From an uncultured Planctomycetia bacterium (GTDB lineage: Bacteria > Omnitrophota > Gorgyraeia > 2-02-FULL-51-18): a DNA stretch of 64,000 nt. This document shows, piece by piece, positions 49,287 to 60,890 of this stretch. The DNA lies in the NCBI GenBank assembly GCA_964642015.1, contig CAZXLF010000003.1, positions 36,204-100,203 of the forward strand, read 5' to 3'. The notes beneath the pieces are model-generated. The model made no database searches, was not told where the DNA came from, and was given only the letters and a program-made list of their open reading frames with translations. Positions within the stretch are counted from its first letter, which is position 1. The number at the start of each line of letters is the position of its first letter. The translations under genes and the position numbers were made by a program.

Positions 49287-50175
49287 AAATATTCCGTTAC
49301 AACCGCGGAGCATTGCGATAGGCGTTTTTGACGGGGTCCATTTAGGGCATCAGAAAATATTGAACGCGATGTTGAAATGTGCAAAGCGTCACCGCTTGAT
49401 GTCAATGGCCGTGACATTCGAGCCGCACCCGAACAAAATACTAAGACCTACAGTTAAGCATTCTATCTTAATGTCGCTTGAACATCGCCTGCGTTTTTTT
49501 GAAAAAATGGGCGTCAGCGAAACGCTAGTGATACGCTTCAATAAAAAATTTTCAAAAATATCGCACCATTATTTTCTTCAGCAGCTTTTATGTTATAAAC
49601 TCGGCATGAAATACTTGTCGGTCGGTGAAAATTTCAGGTTCGGTTTTCAGGGGTTTGGCAATTCGGATTATCTGCTTAAAGAGTCAAAACGTTTGAGATT
49701 CGGTTTATCATTGATCAGTCCGGTAAGAGATGGCGACGTCACGATATCCAGCACACGAATACGAACGTTAATTGAAAAAGGTGATTTAAAAAAACCGCAA
49801 AAAATGTTGGGCCGGCCGGTTTCCGTTTACGGAACTGTCGTTCAAGGAAAAGGCAGGGGTAGATCCTTAAAATTTCCGACAGCCAACCTTAACCCGCATC
49901 ATGAAACATTGCCACCGAATGGCGTTTATGCGGCATGGGGATCTTTAGGGAATGCTAAGTTGAAAGCCGTGATCCATATCGGCGGTCGACCGACATTTCA
50001 GGAGCGGCAAAAGAGTCTCGAAGCGCATTTCTTGAATTTTCATCGGAATATTTATGGGCGCGAGATCGAGTTGTTTTTTGTTGCCAAACTTCGTGGTATC
50101 AAGAAATTTCCTGGTCGCGAAGCGTTGATCCAGGCGATCAAAGACGACATTCAAAAAACTCTAAGGATTTTGTAG
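49264..50175 (+). CDS. ribF: Bifunctional riboflavin kinase / FMN adenylyltransferase
   Basis: IAIGVFDGVHLGHQ nucleotidyltransferase motif and a C-terminal riboflavin-kinase domain (GRPTF...). The start is chosen at MKIYYG; the track allows 49240. Confidence 0.9.
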   Translation: MKIYYGFKNIPLQPRSIAIGVFDGVHLGHQKILNAMLKCAKRHRLMSMAVTFEPHPNKILRPTVKHSILMSLEHRLRFFEKMGVSETLVIRFNKKFSKISHHYFLQQLLCYKLGMKYLSVGENFRFGFQGFGNSDYLLKESKRLRFGLSLISPVRDGDVTISSTRIRTLIEKGDLKKPQKMLGRPVSVYGTVVQGKGRGRSLKFPTANLNPHHETLPPNGVYAAWGSLGNAKLKAVIHIGGRPTFQERQKSLEAHFLNFHRNIYGREIELFFVAKLRGIKKFPGREALIQAIKDDIQKTLRIL

Positions 50176-50182
50176 GTTTTAC

Positions 50183-50211
50183 TTTACAAATTCTCTTTTA
50201 ACCAGTATAAT
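50183..50211 (+). promoter_or_regulatory. Sigma70-type promoter for rpsO-pnp
   Basis: TTTACA, a 17 nt spacer, then TATAAT, about 110 nt upstream of rpsO. Confidence 0.55.
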
Positions 50212-50321
50212 TAACACCTATCAGAAAACAGCCAAACAGATGATTTTTTGGCATAACAAAATTGTTTGTAACTACAATAAAGAATTGAAGTTATAAATTT
50301 TTCAAGGAGAGTAATTCAAGC

Positions 50322-50591
50322 ATGTCTATTACCAAGACAAAAAAGCAGGATGTGATCCAGAAGCATCGTGTCCACGATAAGGATACCGGATCATCTTATG
50401 TTCAAATAGCAGTTCTTACCGAGCGTATCAATAATTTAGGCTCTCATTTCAAGTCTCACGTCAAGGATCATCATTCCAGGAGAGGTTTGTTGAAACTCGT
50501 TTCCCAGAGACGCAAACTTTTGGATTACTTGAAGCGTGAAAATAAAGACGCCTATCAGAAGCTCATCGTCGACCTCGATCTAAGAAAATAA
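50322..50591 (+). CDS. rpsO: 30S ribosomal protein S15
   Basis: S15 signature: [38 protein letters not shown]. Confidence 0.93.
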   Translation: MSITKTKKQDVIQKHRVHDKDTGSSYVQIAVLTERINNLGSHFKSHVKDHHSRRGLLKLVSQRRKLLDYLKRENKDAYQKLIVDLDLRK

Positions 50592-50596
50592 ACAAC

Positions 50597-52765
50597 ATGA
50601 CAAAAAAATTTGAAATCTCACAAGGCAAAGAGTCTCTTATTTTTGAAACAGGCCGTATGGCCAAACAGGCTGACGGTGCAATTTTAGCTCAATACGGCGA
50701 CACGATGGTGCTTGTCGCGGTTTGCGGCGCTAAAGAACCAAAAGAAGGAACGGATTTTTTTCCTTTAACGGTGGATTATCAGGAAAAAAGTTATGCCGGC
50801 GGAAAGATCCCTGGCGGATATTTCAAGCGTGAAGGGAAAGCGACAGAAAAAGAAACGCTGACCTCGCGCCTTATTGATCGTCCCATACGACCGCTTTTCC
50901 CCGAAGGATTCTACAATGAAGTCCAGGTGACCGCGACGGTTCTTTCAAGCGACAAAGTCAATAATTCCGACATTCTCGCAATGAACGCTGCATCAGCAGC
51001 TCTTATGGTTTCGGGCATCCCGTTTTTAGGGCCGATGGCGGCGGCGCGCATAGGCGAGATCGATGGAAAATTTGTTTTGAATCCTACATTCAAAGAAGTT
51101 GAAAAAAGCACTTTGGATATCGTGGTCGCAACAACAGAGCAAGGGATTATCATGATCGAGGCCGGCGCGGAAGTTGTTTCGGAGGATCGTATCATTGAAG
51201 CGTTGGAATTTGCGACAGATGCTTTGAAGCCGGTACTCAAGCTTCAGCGCGAGATGGCAAAAACTTGCGGAAAACCTCAAATGGAAGCCAATCTTGTCGT
51301 TTTTCCTGAAGATCTGATGAAAAAAGTGCGTAATTTGACCGTTAAAGGTATCGACAAGATCAACCGTGAAGAGAAAACGAAAGAATCGCGTGATGAAGCA
51401 TTGAAACTTTTATCCGCCAAAGCAGTCGAAGAACTTGTGGTCGAAGGTTCCGAGATCACGGAAGAGCAGGTCCATCAGGCTTTTCATGAGATCGAGAAAG
51501 AAGAGGTGCGTCAATTCATCCTCGACAGTCATATCCGCACGGACGGGAGAAAGTATGACGAAATCCGCCCGATCACTTGCGAGACCGGCGTTCTGCCGCG
51601 TACGCATGGATCCGCACTTTTTACGCGCGGACAGACACAATCTTTGGGCGTTGCAACTCTTGGCACTGAAAAAGATGAGCAGATGATCGATGCGATCGAA
51701 GGCGATATTTACAAGAATTTCATGCTTCATTACAATTTCCCGTCTTTTTCCGTGGGCGAGATCAAATCTAATCGCGGCCCGGGACGGCGCGAGATCGGTC
51801 ATGGAGCTCTCGCTGAGAGGGGTTTGAGGCCTGTTATCCCTTCAAAAGAGGAATTTCCTTATACGATCCGTTTGGTTTCGGATATTTTAGAATCAAACGG
51901 TTCATCCAGTATGGCGAGCGTTTGCTCAGGAACATTGGCATTAATGGATGCCGGCGTGCCGATTAAGGCGCCGGTAAGTGGCATTGCCATGGGGCTCGTT
52001 AAAGAAAAAAATCGCGTTGCCATTTTGTCCGACATTGCAGGTGTGGAAGACCATTTGGGAGACATGGATTTTAAGGTCACCGGAACAGAAAAAGGGGTGA
52101 CGGCGGTCCAATTGGATCTCAAGCTTAAGGATTCCCTCGATATCGAGACGCTTAGAAAAGCTCTTGAACAGGCCAGGCAGGGCCGTCTTTTTATATTGAA
52201 GAAAATGCTGTCCGTCATTTCTTCACCAAAAAAAGATATCTCCGCTTTTGCGCCGCGCATCACAACGCTGAAAGTGGATCCGGACAAGATCCGCGAGATC
52301 ATTGGCCCCGGTGGTAAAATGATCCGTAAGATAACCGCGGAATCCGGCGCTTCGATTGAAGTTGAGGACGACGGCACGGTCCGCATTGCCGCTTCGGAAA
52401 ATGAAAGCACGCAAAAAGCGATCCAAATGATCAATGGCATCACGGAAGAGGCGGAAGTGGGCAAGATCTACAAGGGTACTGTGAGGCGCATCATGAATTT
52501 CGGCGCGTTTTGTGAGATTCTGCCAGGCAAAGAAGGTTTGGTACATGTGTCAGAGCTGGCAGACACTTTCGTTGAGAATGTCGAGAGCGTCGTGAAAGTC
52601 GGCGATGAGATCCTTGTCAAGGTTATCGAGATTGATTCGCAGGGCCGTATCAATCTTTCAAAAAAACAGTCGAATTCCGATGCTCCGCCGGTAGTTTCTA
52701 AGCGCAACGAATCCAGACGCGGTGAAAACGGTAAAAATTTTAGTCAAAAGAAATTCAGAGGCTAA
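50597..52765 (+). CDS. pnp: Polyribonucleotide nucleotidyltransferase (PNPase)
   Basis: Two RNase PH domains (the [11 protein letters not shown] and [12 protein letters not shown] regions), then KH and S1 domains ([20 protein letters not shown]). Confidence 0.95.
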   Translation: MTKKFEISQGKESLIFETGRMAKQADGAILAQYGDTMVLVAVCGAKEPKEGTDFFPLTVDYQEKSYAGGKIPGGYFKREGKATEKETLTSRLIDRPIRPLFPEGFYNEVQVTATVLSSDKVNNSDILAMNAASAALMVSGIPFLGPMAAARIGEIDGKFVLNPTFKEVEKSTLDIVVATTEQGIIMIEAGAEVVSEDRIIEALEFATDALKPVLKLQREMAKTCGKPQMEANLVVFPEDLMKKVRNLTVKGIDKINREEKTKESRDEALKLLSAKAVEELVVEGSEITEEQVHQAFHEIEKEEVRQFILDSHIRTDGRKYDEIRPITCETGVLPRTHGSALFTRGQTQSLGVATLGTEKDEQMIDAIEGDIYKNFMLHYNFPSFSVGEIKSNRGPGRREIGHGALAERGLRPVIPSKEEFPYTIRLVSDILESNGSSSMASVCSGTLALMDAGVPIKAPVSGIAMGLVKEKNRVAILSDIAGVEDHLGDMDFKVTGTEKGVTAVQLDLKLKDSLDIETLRKALEQARQGRLFILKKMLSVISSPKKDISAFAPRITTLKVDPDKIREIIGPGGKMIRKITAESGASIEVEDDGTVRIAASENESTQKAIQMINGITEEAEVGKIYKGTVRRIMNFGAFCEILPGKEGLVHVSELADTFVENVESVVKVGDEILVKVIEIDSQGRINLSKKQSNSDAPPVVSKRNESRRGENGKNFSQKKFRG

Positions 52766-53171
52766 AGATCTAGCGTTACCTGCCTACATGTCTGCCGGCG
52801 CATCCGGCATGGACCTGTGCGCGGCCATTGAGCATGATGTGGTTATCCAGCCGGGAGAGATAAAGCTGATCTCTACCGGCATCTCTGTTTCGATCCCTGC
52901 CGGCTATGAGGCACAGATCCGGCCGCGAAGCGGTTTGGCCTTGAAACATGGAATAACTTTTGTGAATACGCCGGGCACGATCGACAGCGATTATCGGGGC
53001 GTGATCTCTTTGATCGTTACTAATTTAGGGAAAGAGCCTTATACTGTAAAAAGAGCTTCCAGACTTGCTCAAATGGTGATCCAAGAAGTGATCAGGGCCG
53101 AGATCGTGGAAGTTGAAGAATTGGCCGACACCGTGCGTTCTCAAGGCGGTTTTGGCCATACGGGAGTTTGA
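52722..53171 (+). CDS. dut: dUTP diphosphatase
   Basis: [14 protein letters not shown] and the [27 protein letters not shown] motifs. The 5' end overlaps the pnp 3' end by 44 nt, so the true start may be internal. Confidence 0.85.
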   Translation: MKTVKILVKRNSEAKDLALPAYMSAGASGMDLCAAIEHDVVIQPGEIKLISTGISVSIPAGYEAQIRPRSGLALKHGITFVNTPGTIDSDYRGVISLIVTNLGKEPYTVKRASRLAQMVIQEVIRAEIVEVEELADTVRSQGGFGHTGV

Positions 53172-55465
53172 TCATGGACGAAAAAAAACGCAGTGAAGTA
53201 TTTGCTTTTTTCTGGTTCGTGGTCTCTATCCTCACATTTTTGGCCCTTTTTTCTTACCGACCCGAAGATATTCCTTTCGAAGTTTCCGTCACGAACGCGC
53301 ACACACATAATTTTGTTGGGATCGTCGGCGCGTATTTGGCGTGGACACTCATGTTTCTTTTCGGAAAAACCTCTTATTTTTTGGTGCCACTTTTCCTGAT
53401 GTGGGCGCTGGCGAAACTATCCGGAAAGAAAAGTCAAAAAGTTTGGCTGAAAATATCCGTGACCGTCATATTTTTTACTTCGGCATGCGCGCTTTTTTCC
53501 TTGGTCGGGCGAGCGACCGAGATCAACAGCTTCCAAGCGGGAGGTTTTATCGGTTTTTTTGTTTCAGCGTTCCTTTCAACGCTGTTCGGCAACGCGGGGA
53601 TCTTTGTTGCGTTGTCGCTTTTTCTGCTTTCCGTCATTCTTGCCACTGAATTATTGGTATTGCAGATCGCTGTTGAACTTTTCAAACGTGCCAAGAATGC
53701 TTTTATCCCGGCGGCTGTGAACAAGAAAGATGAAAGAAAAACCTTAAAAGAGATCAAGGAAGACAAGATCATCAAACCAGCTTTCTTGATGAACACCAAA
53801 TTAGCCGAACCTATCAACGCCTCTGAAAAAAATACAGAGAAAGCAAAAGCGATTGTTCAAGCGGTTAAAACCGAAGAAAAACCCCAGATCAAGGTATCCA
53901 TACCAAAACCGTCGGAACCAAAACAAGCGTCAACTCCGCCGCCGGCACCCAAACCCAAGGTTATAGAGTCTGAGGAGTTTGACGAAAGGTATGAATTGCC
54001 TTCTTTGGACCTTCTCCACAGCGCTGCCCCGGTAGATCAGTCTAAACTTAAAGACGATCTTGAAGAAAGTTCTCGGGTATTGGAAGATACTTTGAGAGAT
54101 TTTGGTATTGAGGCAAAGGTGGTCGAAGTTGAGCAAGGTCCGACGATCACGCGTTACGAACTTCAACCAGCCGCGGGTGTCAAAGTTCAAAAGATCACCT
54201 CACTTGAAAATGATATTGCGTTGGCGATGCGTGCCACGAGTGTGCGTATTGTGGCGCCGATCCCCGGAAAATCAAGGGTGGGAATAGAAGTTCCGAACAG
54301 CGCGGCCTCTACTGTTTATATTAAAGATGTGCTGATGTCGCCTGAATTTCAGAACGAAACATCCAAGATAACGATCGCGATAGGCAAAGACACCGCTGGT
54401 TCTCCTATTGTTTGTAATTTGGCGGATATGCCCCATCTTTTGATTGCGGGAGCGACGAATACTGGTAAAAGTGTTTGTATCAACAGTGTTATCACAAGCA
54501 TTCTTTATAAATCGTCTCCCGAAGAGGTCAAGTTTTTGATGATCGATCCTAAGATGGTCGAGCTCCATTTTTATAATGACCTCCCGCATTTGATATGTCC
54601 TGTGGTCACCGATAAATCTAAAGTTCCCGGAGCTCTTGCCTGGCTTGTCAGTGAAATGGAGAGGCGTTACAAAGTTCTTTCCAAGGTTGGCGCAAAAAAT
54701 ATTCTTGTATTTAATGAAAAGGTAAAAAATAAAGAGATCCGGGCTGATATGTTGATTCATACCGCTGAAAATGCGGATGAGCCGGTCGTGGTCAAAAAAA
54801 TGCCTTATATTGTCATTGTGATCGATGAATTGGCCGATCTGATGCTTTCTTCTGCGCAGGAAGTGGAGTCCGCGATCACTCGGTTAGCTCAGTTGGCCCG
54901 TGCCGTCGGTATTCATATGATCTTGGCTACCCAGCGTCCGTCGGTGGATGTGATCACCGGTGTTATCAAAGCAAATTTTCCCGCGCGTATCGCGTTTCAG
55001 GTGGCGTCTAAAGTGGATTCGCGCACTATCCTTGATGAGAACGGCGCGGACAAACTTTTAGGCCGTGGAGATCTTTTGTTGATGGATCCAAGGAAATCGA
55101 AATTGACCCGCGCCCAGGGCGCATGGGTGCAAGATCGCGAGATCGAGAAAGTGGCGCAGTTTATCAAGTCTCAAAGGAAGGCCGCTTATCACGAAGCGAT
55201 CATTCAGTCGCAGGACAAAAAGCAAACGCTTGGCGATTTCAAACGAGACGAGGTTTATGAAGAAGCCAAGAATGTCGTGCTTGAAACGGGCCAGGCATCC
55301 GTTTCAATGATCCAAAGAAAACTCGGTTTGGGTTATACGCGCGCGGCGCGCATCATGGATATGATGGAAGAGGACGGTGTTGTCGGGCCTTATCGCGGTG
55401 CTAAACCCAGAGAGATTTTAATCGAGCGCCCTAACAATCAGCAGGAAGAGAAGCAGGAAGCATGA
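53168..55465 (+). CDS. ftsK: DNA translocase FtsK
   Basis: N-terminal 4-5 TM helices and a Pro-rich linker. FtsK/SpoIIIE motor with Walker [10 protein letters not shown] and Walker [14 protein letters not shown]-terminal gamma winged helix ([26 protein letters not shown]). Confidence 0.93.
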   Translation: MIMDEKKRSEVFAFFWFVVSILTFLALFSYRPEDIPFEVSVTNAHTHNFVGIVGAYLAWTLMFLFGKTSYFLVPLFLMWALAKLSGKKSQKVWLKISVTVIFFTSACALFSLVGRATEINSFQAGGFIGFFVSAFLSTLFGNAGIFVALSLFLLSVILATELLVLQIAVELFKRAKNAFIPAAVNKKDERKTLKEIKEDKIIKPAFLMNTKLAEPINASEKNTEKAKAIVQAVKTEEKPQIKVSIPKPSEPKQASTPPPAPKPKVIESEEFDERYELPSLDLLHSAAPVDQSKLKDDLEESSRVLEDTLRDFGIEAKVVEVEQGPTITRYELQPAAGVKVQKITSLENDIALAMRATSVRIVAPIPGKSRVGIEVPNSAASTVYIKDVLMSPEFQNETSKITIAIGKDTAGSPIVCNLADMPHLLIAGATNTGKSVCINSVITSILYKSSPEEVKFLMIDPKMVELHFYNDLPHLICPVVTDKSKVPGALAWLVSEMERRYKVLSKVGAKNILVFNEKVKNKEIRADMLIHTAENADEPVVVKKMPYIVIVIDELADLMLSSAQEVESAITRLAQLARAVGIHMILATQRPSVDVITGVIKANFPARIAFQVASKVDSRTILDENGADKLLGRGDLLLMDPRKSKLTRAQGAWVQDREIEKVAQFIKSQRKAAYHEAIIQSQDKKQTLGDFKRDEVYEEAKNVVLETGQASVSMIQRKLGLGYTRAARIMDMMEEDGVVGPYRGAKPREILIERPNNQQEEKQEA

Positions 55466-56283
55466 GCTCCATCGGAACATCGTTAAAAGAAGCTAGAAAT
55501 AAAAAATCCATTTCTTTGGAAGAAGTCCATTCCCGCATTAAGATCCATCCTCGCGTGATACAGCTTTTGGAAGAGGATAAGTTTGAGAAGCTGCCAAGCC
55601 CTGTTTTTGTGAAAAGTTTTTTGAAGAGCTATGCGGAATTTCTCGAGATGAATCCCGAAGAGATCGTCCGCGCCTATGAAAAGGGCGGAAAAAAAGATCC
55701 GGCACAAGTGCTGTACATCAAGACAGCTGCGGAGCGGGAGAGAAGATCTTTTCTGAATTTTGACAAAACTTTTTTGGTGATACCGACGTTGATCTTCGTG
55801 GTCGCGGTTGCAGCCGGGGCTTTTTATTATCTTGCAAAAACCGCCGCGCATCATATCAAAGAAAAAAAAGCGGCTACCGCTGCGGTCTCCAAGCTCTCCA
55901 AAACGCGGTCTTCCAAATTGGATAAACAAAGCGGAGGAGCAACAAAAGTAGCGTCAGCGGATGTTTTTGACGCCAGCAATTGGCTTAGGCACGCGTCGCT
56001 TGGAAATTTTCCGAAGATCAGCAAAAAAGATGCACTGCACCTCAAAATCAAGGCCGCTGATAGCGTTTGGTTAAGGGTCAAATCTGATGAGAAAGTTTTA
56101 TTTCAATCCATCCTCAAGCACGGCACTGCTGAAACGTGGGTAGCCAATGATCATTTCGAGATCTGGACCGGCAATGCATCCAACATGGAATTATCCGTCA
56201 ACAATTATGACATTGGCTCACCTGGTAAAGGCGTTACTAAAAAGATGCTCATCAATCGTGAGGGCGTCAGGATCGCGTCTTAG
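55462..56283 (+). CDS. rodZ: RodZ-like cytoskeleton protein (HTH_XRE domain, TM segment and DUF4115)
   Basis: N-terminal HTH LKEARNKKSISLEEVHSRIKIHPRVIQLLEEDKFEKLPSPVFVKSFLKSYAEFL, a single TM segment, and a C-terminal beta-rich domain. Confidence 0.7.
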   Translation: MSSIGTSLKEARNKKSISLEEVHSRIKIHPRVIQLLEEDKFEKLPSPVFVKSFLKSYAEFLEMNPEEIVRAYEKGGKKDPAQVLYIKTAAERERRSFLNFDKTFLVIPTLIFVVAVAAGAFYYLAKTAAHHIKEKKAATAAVSKLSKTRSSKLDKQSGGATKVASADVFDASNWLRHASLGNFPKISKKDALHLKIKAADSVWLRVKSDEKVLFQSILKHGTAETWVANDHFEIWTGNASNMELSVNNYDIGSPGKGVTKKMLINREGVRIAS

Positions 56284-57624
56284 GTGAAGGTCGGGCTCGT
56301 CAGCTTAGGTTGTGCCAGAACTTTAGTTGATTCTGAAGTGGCGCTTGGAGGCCTTAAACAGGCCGGACATCAGATTGTTCCCGACATTCAAAAAGCGGAT
56401 GTCGCGGTCGTCAATACCTGCGGTTTCATCGAAGAAGCCAAAGTCGAATCCATCGAAACTATCCTCAAACTTTGCGAGCTCAAGAAAAAAGGCCGGCTTA
56501 AAGCGGTTGTCGTTCTTGGTTGTTTGGCTCAGCGTCACGGGGAAGAATTAAGAAAAGAGCTTGGCGATGAAGTGGACGGTATTATCGGCACGGACAGTTA
56601 TGCCGAACTCGCCAAACTTTTAGAGCCGCTTGAATCAAGGCAAAAGGTTTTTGAGGTCAAGGCCAAGCCTCATTATCTTCTTGATGAAAATACACCGCGT
56701 TATTCTCTGACGCCGGGTCACTTTGCCTATGTGAAAATTTCCGAAGGGTGCATCAATGCCTGCACTTATTGCGTGATCCCTCAAATGAAAGGTCCGCACC
56801 GTTCGCGTTCGATCGAATCCATCGTCAATGAAATAAAGAAGGTCTCTTCCGAAAGGCAAGTATCCGAAGTAAATCTAATAGGGCAGGATACAGCGGCATT
56901 TGGTTTTGACCTTGACCGCACATTCCAACTGCCCGAGCTTTTGAGACGCGTTGCTGAATTAAAAGCGGTTCCGTGGATCCGGCTTCTTTATGCTCATCCG
57001 GGACATGTCAGCGAAGAATTAATGGATGTGATGGCCCAGCATCCGAATATCTGCAAATACCTCGATTTTCCGATTGAGCACAGCCATGACAATATGCTGA
57101 AGCGCATGAATCGGGGCGTAACACGGGCCAAAATGGAGTGGGGAATAGAGAGTTTTAGAAAAAAAATACCGGGAATAAGCATTCGGACGACGGTTATCGT
57201 CGGTTTTCCCGGAGAAACGGAAGAAGAATTCAGAGACCTTATGGATTTTTTAAAAGAAATCCGCTTCGAGAGGCTCGGCGCTTTCATGTTCTCTGAGGAA
57301 GAAGGTTCCCGGGCGTACGGCCTGCCTGAGCAGATCTCGGCTGAGCTGAAAAAAGAACGATTTAATGCAGTGATGGCACAGCAACAGGAGATCTCCAACC
57401 GGATGAACAACGAATTCATCGGCAAAACGCTTCAAGTCCTGATCGACGAAAAAGAGCCAAACGAAACTGGCGTGTATTACGGGCGCACCGAAATGGACGC
57501 TCCCGAGGTTGACGGGCAAGTCATTGTGCATTCAAAGTCTGTTCTGAAGCCCGGAGAATTCGTTAAGACGCGTATTACCGATGCGCTCGAATATGATCTT
57601 GTAGGCCAGTGTGAACCTGCCTAA
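56284..57624 (+). CDS. rimO: Ribosomal protein S12 methylthiotransferase RimO
   Basis: GTG start. The MTTase N-domain (VSLGCARTLVDSE...NTCGFI), radical-SAM CxxxCxxC (CINACTYC) and a C-terminal TRAM domain. The roughly 445 aa length matches RimO rather than MiaB. Confidence 0.85.
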   Translation: MKVGLVSLGCARTLVDSEVALGGLKQAGHQIVPDIQKADVAVVNTCGFIEEAKVESIETILKLCELKKKGRLKAVVVLGCLAQRHGEELRKELGDEVDGIIGTDSYAELAKLLEPLESRQKVFEVKAKPHYLLDENTPRYSLTPGHFAYVKISEGCINACTYCVIPQMKGPHRSRSIESIVNEIKKVSSERQVSEVNLIGQDTAAFGFDLDRTFQLPELLRRVAELKAVPWIRLLYAHPGHVSEELMDVMAQHPNICKYLDFPIEHSHDNMLKRMNRGVTRAKMEWGIESFRKKIPGISIRTTVIVGFPGETEEEFRDLMDFLKEIRFERLGAFMFSEEEGSRAYGLPEQISAELKKERFNAVMAQQQEISNRMNNEFIGKTLQVLIDEKEPNETGVYYGRTEMDAPEVDGQVIVHSKSVLKPGEFVKTRITDALEYDLVGQCEPA

Positions 57625-58174
57625 TTTTCTTACCTGTTCACGGATCGGCCTTACAGTCGTTTTTATGTCCCTCCTTTTCTCGCAAGGACCCTTTTGTAAA
57701 GGGGCCGCACTTCTGGTGTTTCTTCTTGCTTCGTTGACGGACTACTGGGACGGACGCATAGCCAGAAAAAGAAATCAGTCTACTGGTTTTGGGAAACTGA
57801 TGGACCCGATCGCCGATAAGATACTTACGCTTTCCGCGTTCCTGGCGTTCGTTCAGATGGCGATCATCCCGGCTTGGATGGCGGTGGTGATTATTACCAG
57901 AGATCTTCTGATTACGGGGCTTAGACTTTTAATGCCCGGAAAAAGCGACTGGAAAGGCGCCAGATCCAGCGGCAAGCACAAGACAGTGCTTCAGTTCGCA
58001 TCCATTGTCGGTGTTTTGGTGTTCTTGTCCGTCAAAGAAACATCTTTTTGGCATCATGAATGGACGCCAACGGCTTTGCATTTCATTTATTGGAGCATGC
58101 TTTTTATAGTAGCGATAACGCTATGGAGCGGTGTGAGATTCGTGGTTAAAAATCAAGACATCTTCACCGAATGA
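57611..58174 (+). CDS. pgsA: CDP-diacylglycerol--glycerol-3-phosphate 3-phosphatidyltransferase
   Basis: CDP-alcohol phosphatidyltransferase motif DYWDGRIARKRNQSTGFGKLMDPIADK. Confidence 0.88.
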   Translation: MNLPNFLTCSRIGLTVVFMSLLFSQGPFCKGAALLVFLLASLTDYWDGRIARKRNQSTGFGKLMDPIADKILTLSAFLAFVQMAIIPAWMAVVIITRDLLITGLRLLMPGKSDWKGARSSGKHKTVLQFASIVGVLVFLSVKETSFWHHEWTPTALHFIYWSMLFIVAITLWSGVRFVVKNQDIFTE

Positions 58175-58650
58175 GCGCCGATACCAAGGGATTAAAAGTT
58201 GAAAACCGATTTTTATATCACTGCGTAAAATTCCTAGCATCATTTTTTTATATAGGATATCTGCCGGTCATGCCCGGTACATGGGGTAGTGCAACAGGAG
58301 CTTTGTTGGCCTGGTTTTTTAATGAAGGCCTTGTCTGGCAAGTGACCGTCTTTTCTTTGGCGGGGCTTTTTATTTCGTCGATCGCCGAGCGCGCGTTCGA
58401 TGAAAAGGACCCGTCGCGTTTCGTATTGGACGAGGTTGCTGGCATCATGATCAGCGTCTTATGGATCCCCAAGAAGATCGCCTTGTTTGTCGTAGCGTTT
58501 ATTTTGTTTCGGATATTTGATACGATGAAGCCGTGGCCTATCAGCATGGTTCAAAAAAGTAAAATGCCGACAGCGATCATGTGGGATGATCTGTTGGCCG
58601 GTTTATTTGTTAATATTTTATTGCAAATTATCTCGAGGGTTTTTGCATGA
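58171..58650 (+). CDS. pgpA: Phosphatidylglycerophosphatase A
   Basis: PgpA signature FFYIGYLPVMPGTWGSATGALLAWF. Confidence 0.85.
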   Translation: MSADTKGLKVENRFLYHCVKFLASFFYIGYLPVMPGTWGSATGALLAWFFNEGLVWQVTVFSLAGLFISSIAERAFDEKDPSRFVLDEVAGIMISVLWIPKKIALFVVAFILFRIFDTMKPWPISMVQKSKMPTAIMWDDLLAGLFVNILLQIISRVFA

Positions 58651-59378
58651 AAGAAGTCTTGATCCTGCAACATGTCGCGAGTGAAAACGCAGGAACAATC
58701 CAGCAGTACCTGGAAAAAAGTCGTATCCCGTTTCGTTACGTGCGTCTTTACAAGAACGAGGCTTTGCCTGAAAGACTTGATTCCGTGCGAGCGGTGATAG
58801 TTATGGGCGGGCCCATGAATGTTTACCAAGAAAAAGAATACCCATTTTTAAAATCGGAGGATGTTTTTATCAAAGAACTGGTCGATAAAAACATTCCGTA
58901 CTTAGGGATTTGTTTGGGCGCTCAGCTTTTAGCCAAAGCTTTGGATGCAAGAGTAATGAAGGCAAAAGCGCCCGAGATAGGGTGGGGAGATGTTCATTTA
59001 TCTAAAAATGCCGCGAGTGATAATCTATTTTCTGTGATCAAAAGCTCCAGTTTACGTGTTCTGCAATGGCATGAAGATACGTTTGATATTCCTCGAGGCG
59101 CCGTTCATCTGGGCTCAGGCGATGTCGTGCCTAATCAATGTTTTTCCTATAAAACTTTGTTTTATGGATTCCAATTTCATATTGAAGTTAATCGATCGAT
59201 GCTTGAAGATTGGTTCAAATCTTCAAAGGAGCTAGAAAAAATATTGAACGAATATGATAATTATAAAGAAGAGCTCGAAAAGATCGCTTGGACGATTTAT
59301 AAGAATTTTTTTGACTTATCAGGTGAAATCAGTTCTTCCGTAAAAGTTCCAGTCTCAGAAAGTTCAAGGCGTAATTAG
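58647..59378 (+). CDS. Class I glutamine amidotransferase-like protein (stand-alone GATase1 domain)
   Basis: GICLGAQLLAKAL catalytic Cys context. His/Glu dyad region FQFHIEV. Confidence 0.75.
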   Translation: MKEVLILQHVASENAGTIQQYLEKSRIPFRYVRLYKNEALPERLDSVRAVIVMGGPMNVYQEKEYPFLKSEDVFIKELVDKNIPYLGICLGAQLLAKALDARVMKAKAPEIGWGDVHLSKNAASDNLFSVIKSSSLRVLQWHEDTFDIPRGAVHLGSGDVVPNQCFSYKTLFYGFQFHIEVNRSMLEDWFKSSKELEKILNEYDNYKEELEKIAWTIYKNFFDLSGEISSSVKVPVSESSRRN

Positions 59379-60597
59379 CCGCCCGCGAGCGGATTTCTTT
59401 TCTATTCCCGAAGAATTTTTTCTTTTTACAAATAATCTTATTTTTAGAGGCCAATGCTATATAAACAAGGCCTACGGGTTTTGTGGGCGACCCTCCTCCG
59501 GGTCCGGCGATACCTGTAATTCCGATGCCATAATCGGCACCGAATTTGGTTCGGATAGTTTTTGCCATAGTTTCTGCGACGGATCGGCTTACAGCGCCAT
59601 TTTTAAATAAAAGTTTCGGCAAAATCCCAAGTTCGATGGTTTTTATCCGGTTTTGGTAAGAAATAACTCCACCTATGTAATAATTGGAACTGCCCGGCGT
59701 GTCAGTAATGCGTTTAGAAAAAAGTCCTCCGGTGCACGATTCGGCCGATGCCAATGTTTTTTTATTTTTCCTCAGCAAATCACCGACCACAGATGCAAAT
59801 GTATCCCCATCGGCGCCGAGTATGCTTTGTTTAAATATAAGGCGTATCTTTTTTTCGATGTTTGAAACCAATCTTTTGGTTTTCTTCAGCGAACTGTCTT
59901 TTGCCATGATCTTCAGCTCAACCTCGTCCGGTTTGGCGTATATACCGACCGTGACAGGCGGTTTCAACTGCAAAAGTTCCGGAATTTCTTGGGCCACTTG
60001 GGCTTCTGTCAACGCGGCGATTTTGATCGAGCGGATCAGAAAATTATTATTATGAATTCTGGCTGTTTTCTTAAGAAGCGGAAGTGCTTGCAGTGTGAAC
60101 ATCGGTTCAAGCTCCCTTGGCGGACCGGGCAAAACAAGGATCCAGACCGTTTTATTTTGAAAATAGATCTTTGTTAGAACGCCGGGGGCAGTTCCCAAAT
60201 GATTTTGAATGATCTTGGAATCGGCCGGCACGTAACATTGTTTTAAGACAAGCTTTGTCGTTGAAAAACCGCGGCTTTTTAAGCGGCTGACGATATATCG
60301 ATAGGTGGGTTTGTGCAAGACCAAAGGTTTTGAGATGAATTTGCTGAGCGCTTCGAGTGTTACATCATCGGCGGTTGGGCCAAGACCTCCTGAAGTGATC
60401 AGAATATCTGAGCGGAAAGCAGCCTCTTTGAATGCTGCTACGATGCGATCAATATTGTCACCAACGGTAGACTGACGGTAAACATCGATCGCGTTTTCGG
60501 CTAGCTTTTCGGATAGAAATTTAGCGTTTGTATTAAGGATCGAGCCGATCAAAAGCTCGGTACCGATAGAAATAATTTCCGCTTTTGGAGAACTCAT
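59329..60597 (-). CDS. cinA: Competence/damage-inducible protein CinA (MoCF-binding domain + PncC-like deamidase domain)
   Basis: N-terminal IISIGTELLIGSILNTNAKFLSEKL (CinA/MoaB-like) and a C-terminal CinA-C domain (SCTGGLFSKRITDTPGSSNYYIGGVISYQN). Confidence 0.88.
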   Translation of the reverse strand: MSSPKAEIISIGTELLIGSILNTNAKFLSEKLAENAIDVYRQSTVGDNIDRIVAAFKEAAFRSDILITSGGLGPTADDVTLEALSKFISKPLVLHKPTYRYIVSRLKSRGFSTTKLVLKQCYVPADSKIIQNHLGTAPGVLTKIYFQNKTVWILVLPGPPRELEPMFTLQALPLLKKTARIHNNNFLIRSIKIAALTEAQVAQEIPELLQLKPPVTVGIYAKPDEVELKIMAKDSSLKKTKRLVSNIEKKIRLIFKQSILGADGDTFASVVGDLLRKNKKTLASAESCTGGLFSKRITDTPGSSNYYIGGVISYQNRIKTIELGILPKLLFKNGAVSRSVAETMAKTIRTKFGADYGIGITGIAGPGGGSPTKPVGLVYIALASKNKIICKKKKFFGNRKEIRSRAANYALNFLRLELLRKN

Positions 60598-60740
60598 GGC
60601 CCCTCATCTCCTAAGTCATTCATTATAAAGTAATAAGGAGATCAAGAGCAACGGATATTTCAGCAAAAAATAATTTTGAACGAATAATGAATCCTTAGTC
60701 GTCTTATAGTGTGGGAGATGGGGAAGCTGCCATTCTTATC

Positions 60741-60769
60741 TTTACAGATTTTTTTGTAAAATGTATAAT
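60741..60769 (+). promoter_or_regulatory. Sigma70-type promoter for recA
   Basis: TTTACA, a 17 nt spacer, then TATAAT, about 120 nt upstream of the recA ATG. Confidence 0.5.
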
Positions 60770-60890
60770 GGCAAACTCAGGTTGAGGCAACTAAAACCCG
60801 GTTTGAGTTGGCAGACTCCAATTTTCTTAAGTGACTATGGTTATGAAAGTTAAGACAAATACTGTTAACAAAATAAACGGAGGCGATGCT

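Noticed and set aside
51859-52464. 201-aa minus-strand ORF inside pnp, plus other antisense ORFs inside pnp/ftsK/sdhA
   Set aside because: They are entirely embedded antisense in highly conserved genes and have no start context.
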